Source: Chloroflexota bacterium (GTDB lineage Bacteria; Chloroflexota; Dehalococcoidia; UBA2979). Taken from it: a stretch of 64,000 nt of DNA. A model generated the notes under the pieces. The model did no database searches. It saw only the letters and a list, made by a program, of their open reading frames with translations, and was not told where the DNA came from. This document shows, one piece after another, positions 62,922-64,000 of this stretch (position 1 is its first letter; every line of letters starts with the position of its first letter). Where the stretch lies: contig PBBA01000002.1 in assembly GCA_002716405.1 (NCBI GenBank), positions 21,028-85,027 of the forward strand, given 5' to 3'. Made by a program: the position numbers and the translations under genes.

Positions 62922-63665
62922 TTATCCAAATAAAGAAAATGCATCTCCACCTACAAACAAATTAAGAAAAAAGCTAATCAAGGGACTCATAATCAAAAAT
63001 AATGGTGAAGATTGTCCACCTGTCACATAAGGCAATAGAATTAGTAGCATTAGAATTCCAGGTCCCCAAGTTGCTGTTTTAGCCAATTTAACTGACCATG
63101 CTACAGGTAATAGCCCTAGGGCAGCATTAAAACCATCAAGTGGAGCTATAGGTAATAAATTAAATATAGCTAAAAGAATATTTAGCAAAACGACAGTACC
63201 TAAAAATAGTCCGATCAAATCTTGCGGAGATGAAGTCCATATCGATGCCCACTCCATCGCAAATGAAGGATCTACAAATGGATGCCAAAAAGGGATAATC
63301 CCTAACTTGATTGGTAATGCGGCCAATCCAGCAATAATTAGATTTGATATCGGACCAGCTAGCGAAATAAGTGCCATCGACCTCTTTGGATTCAATGTTG
63401 AAGCTACATTCACAGGCACAGGTTTTGCCCATCCAAATCCAACAAAAAAAATTAAAGATGAACCTAATAAATCAAGATGTGCTTTTGGATTTAAGGACAA
63501 TCGACCTAACATACGTGGCGTATAATCACCCAATGAGTCTGCAACAATTGCATGCGAAAATTCATGGAGCGTAAGTCCAACAAGCATAGAAAAACTAAAA
63601 GCAGCAATTAAAATAATGAACACTTCTGGAGCGTCACCAAGAACTGAAATATAACGTAGTATCAT
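62922..63665 (-). CDS. Site-2 protease (M50) family protein
   Basis: HEFSHA, GRLSLNP, GWAKPVPV, LAGPISN, FNLLPIAPLDG. Confidence 0.92.
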   Translation of the reverse strand: MILRYISVLGDAPEVFIILIAAFSFSMLVGLTLHEFSHAIVADSLGDYTPRMLGRLSLNPKAHLDLLGSSLIFFVGFGWAKPVPVNVASTLNPKRSMALISLAGPISNLIIAGLAALPIKLGIIPFWHPFVDPSFAMEWASIWTSSPQDLIGLFLGTVVLLNILLAIFNLLPIAPLDGFNAALGLLPVAWSVKLAKTATWGPGILMLLILLPYVTGGQSSPLFLIMSPLISFFLNLFVGGDAFSLFG

Positions 63666-63822
63666 AATTAAAAACCTTTAGAATAATTTTTTGTAAAAGT
63701 ATCTAATACCTAGGTGCTAACGCTCACAACAATAAACAATCAAGTATTGAAGCATTTTTGTTAATTGTATATGCAATTAGGAGCAGGTGATATACCATTT
63801 AACTAACCAATTTTGTATATGT

Positions 63823-63911
63823 CTTCATATCAATGAAGTGAAAGGGGGACACGGCTTTTTAGCATCTGATGGTGGGGGCCGATGCAAAATCATTTTTAAG
63901 CCGCAGGTCAC
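63823..63911. other. GC-rich structured intergenic element (candidate ncRNA or cis-regulatory RNA)
   Basis: Hairpin CTTCAT/ATGAAG, then nested stems CGGCTT/AAGCCG and GCATC/GATGC; family not recognised. Confidence 0.35.
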
Positions 63912-64000
63912 ATGTTTTTTAGTACCCGCCTACCAAATATGCTACGAATCGTTTTATCCACATTTTTATTTGTGTTGTTTATTGGGATTTGCTTGAACTT

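Noticed and set aside
63787-63996. 69-aa Cys-rich ORF
   Set aside because: No recognisable motif, and it overlaps the structured element and a more plausible partial ORF

Overview
AT-rich bacterial chromosome segment, densely coding and almost all core metabolism. Gene content (short EF-Ts, RemA-Gmk, F420-type LLM and Ddn-like oxidoreductases, inositol-phosphate synthase, NusA with a long acidic tail) suggests a Chloroflexota/Dehalococcoidia lineage, possibly a marine SAR202-like one; this is an inference, not a search result. From left to right: an NrtR-regulated nad operon (nrtR, nadA, thioesterase, partial nadB); miaB; two tRNA-Ser genes flanking accessory genes including a stand-alone plant-type ilvC; an MFS transporter, a penicillin-acylase-like hydrolase and ribokinase; sucCD; rpsB-tsf-frr-uppS-cdsA-dxr-rseP-ispG-proS (no pyrH); nusA-infB-rbfA-truB (no rimP or ylxR); LysR divergent from ino1-pgsA-thioredoxin-fold; prfB with a +1 programmed frameshift; folD; acpS-nnr-fabD-fabF-fabF-recJ; and a long minus-strand aromatic amino acid run (tyrA, aroA, remA, gmk, trpEGDCFBA with two extra genes, aroH, scpA, ribF, tyrS). 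I saw no mobile element, CRISPR array, prophage or defence system, and no clearly new multi-gene system. The best leads are the plant-like KARI, the atypical FabD plus tandem FabF module, a one-CxxC thioredoxin protein ending in a GroES-mobile-loop-like peptide, a degenerate Nudix-DinB fusion inside the trp operon, a TrpF with a fungal-like insert, and a GC-rich structured element at the right edge. All family calls come from motif recognition, not database searches.
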